Assembly (NCBI GenBank): GCA_977030845.1
Contig: OZ365109.1
Span: 55,118,001 to 55,182,000, forward strand
From: Fimbriosthenelais zetlandica
Lineage: Eukaryota
DNA: 64,000 nt
Direction of reading: 5' to 3'
This document shows positions 63,728 to 64,000 of the stretch, piece by piece. Below the pieces are notes generated by a model. That model had not been told where the DNA came from. It searched no databases and was given only the letters and a program-made list of their open reading frames with translations. Made by a program: the position numbers and the translations under genes. How positions within the stretch are numbered: position 1 is the first letter of the stretch; every line of letters begins with the position of its first letter.

Positions 63728-64000
63728 ATAATTCGAAAATTGTCCACACCTAAATCACAAAATCATCCTACCAACAAAACCCTAGTACAGACCAAGTACA
63801 CAAGTAAAATTATTTTCTTTCCGTTCAATCCTTGCCCGATATTTATTGTGATTCATATTATTTTAAAATGCTCTGAAAAACCCTGGACCAGACAACTATG
63901 TGTTTGTTATTGTTATTCACAATGTAATTATTGGATAATGTATATCGTAGAATGCTCATAGGGTGTTAGATTATAATTATACATTTATTATACAATTATA

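Noticed and set aside
1-64000. CRISPR arrays, rRNA, known miRNA matures, operon-like or bacterial defence systems
   Set aside because: The sequence is intron-containing eukaryotic DNA; I saw no repeat-spacer arrays or matches to the RNA genes I know. Most ORF-track entries are chance ORFs or partial exon read-throughs.

Overview
AT-rich eukaryotic genomic DNA with GT-AG introns. It is most likely from a marine invertebrate such as an echinoderm, a guess from composition and abundant TAGGCCTA/TACATGTA palindromes. The main feature is a complete + strand SLC38A11-type amino-acid transporter gene (APC/LeuT fold). I reconstructed 13 coding exons from 14187 to 62259 with all splice phases consistent, giving 1491 nt or 496 aa, with a ~33 kb intron after the first coding exon. 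Three alternative-splicing elements that the ORF track misses are visible by hand. (i) Two homologous 74-nt exons (57038-57111 and 57970-58043) have identical phases, encode alternative versions of transmembrane helix 5 and must be mutually exclusive. (ii) A 15-nt in-frame microexon (38777-38791, NIQDY) with UGC-containing polypyrimidine tract and GTAAGT donor lies inside the 33-kb intron. (iii) A NAGNAG acceptor sits at exon 2. On the minus strand, four phase-compatible exons (5836 to 68) give a candidate 136-aa protein that I do not recognise, divergent from SLC38A11. The rest is intronic or intergenic DNA with a tRNA-derived SINE, MITE-like elements, palindromes, tandem repeats and decayed coding fossils. 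I found no rRNA, intact tRNA, CRISPR array or intact transposon ORF. All coordinates were derived by eye and should be confirmed computationally.
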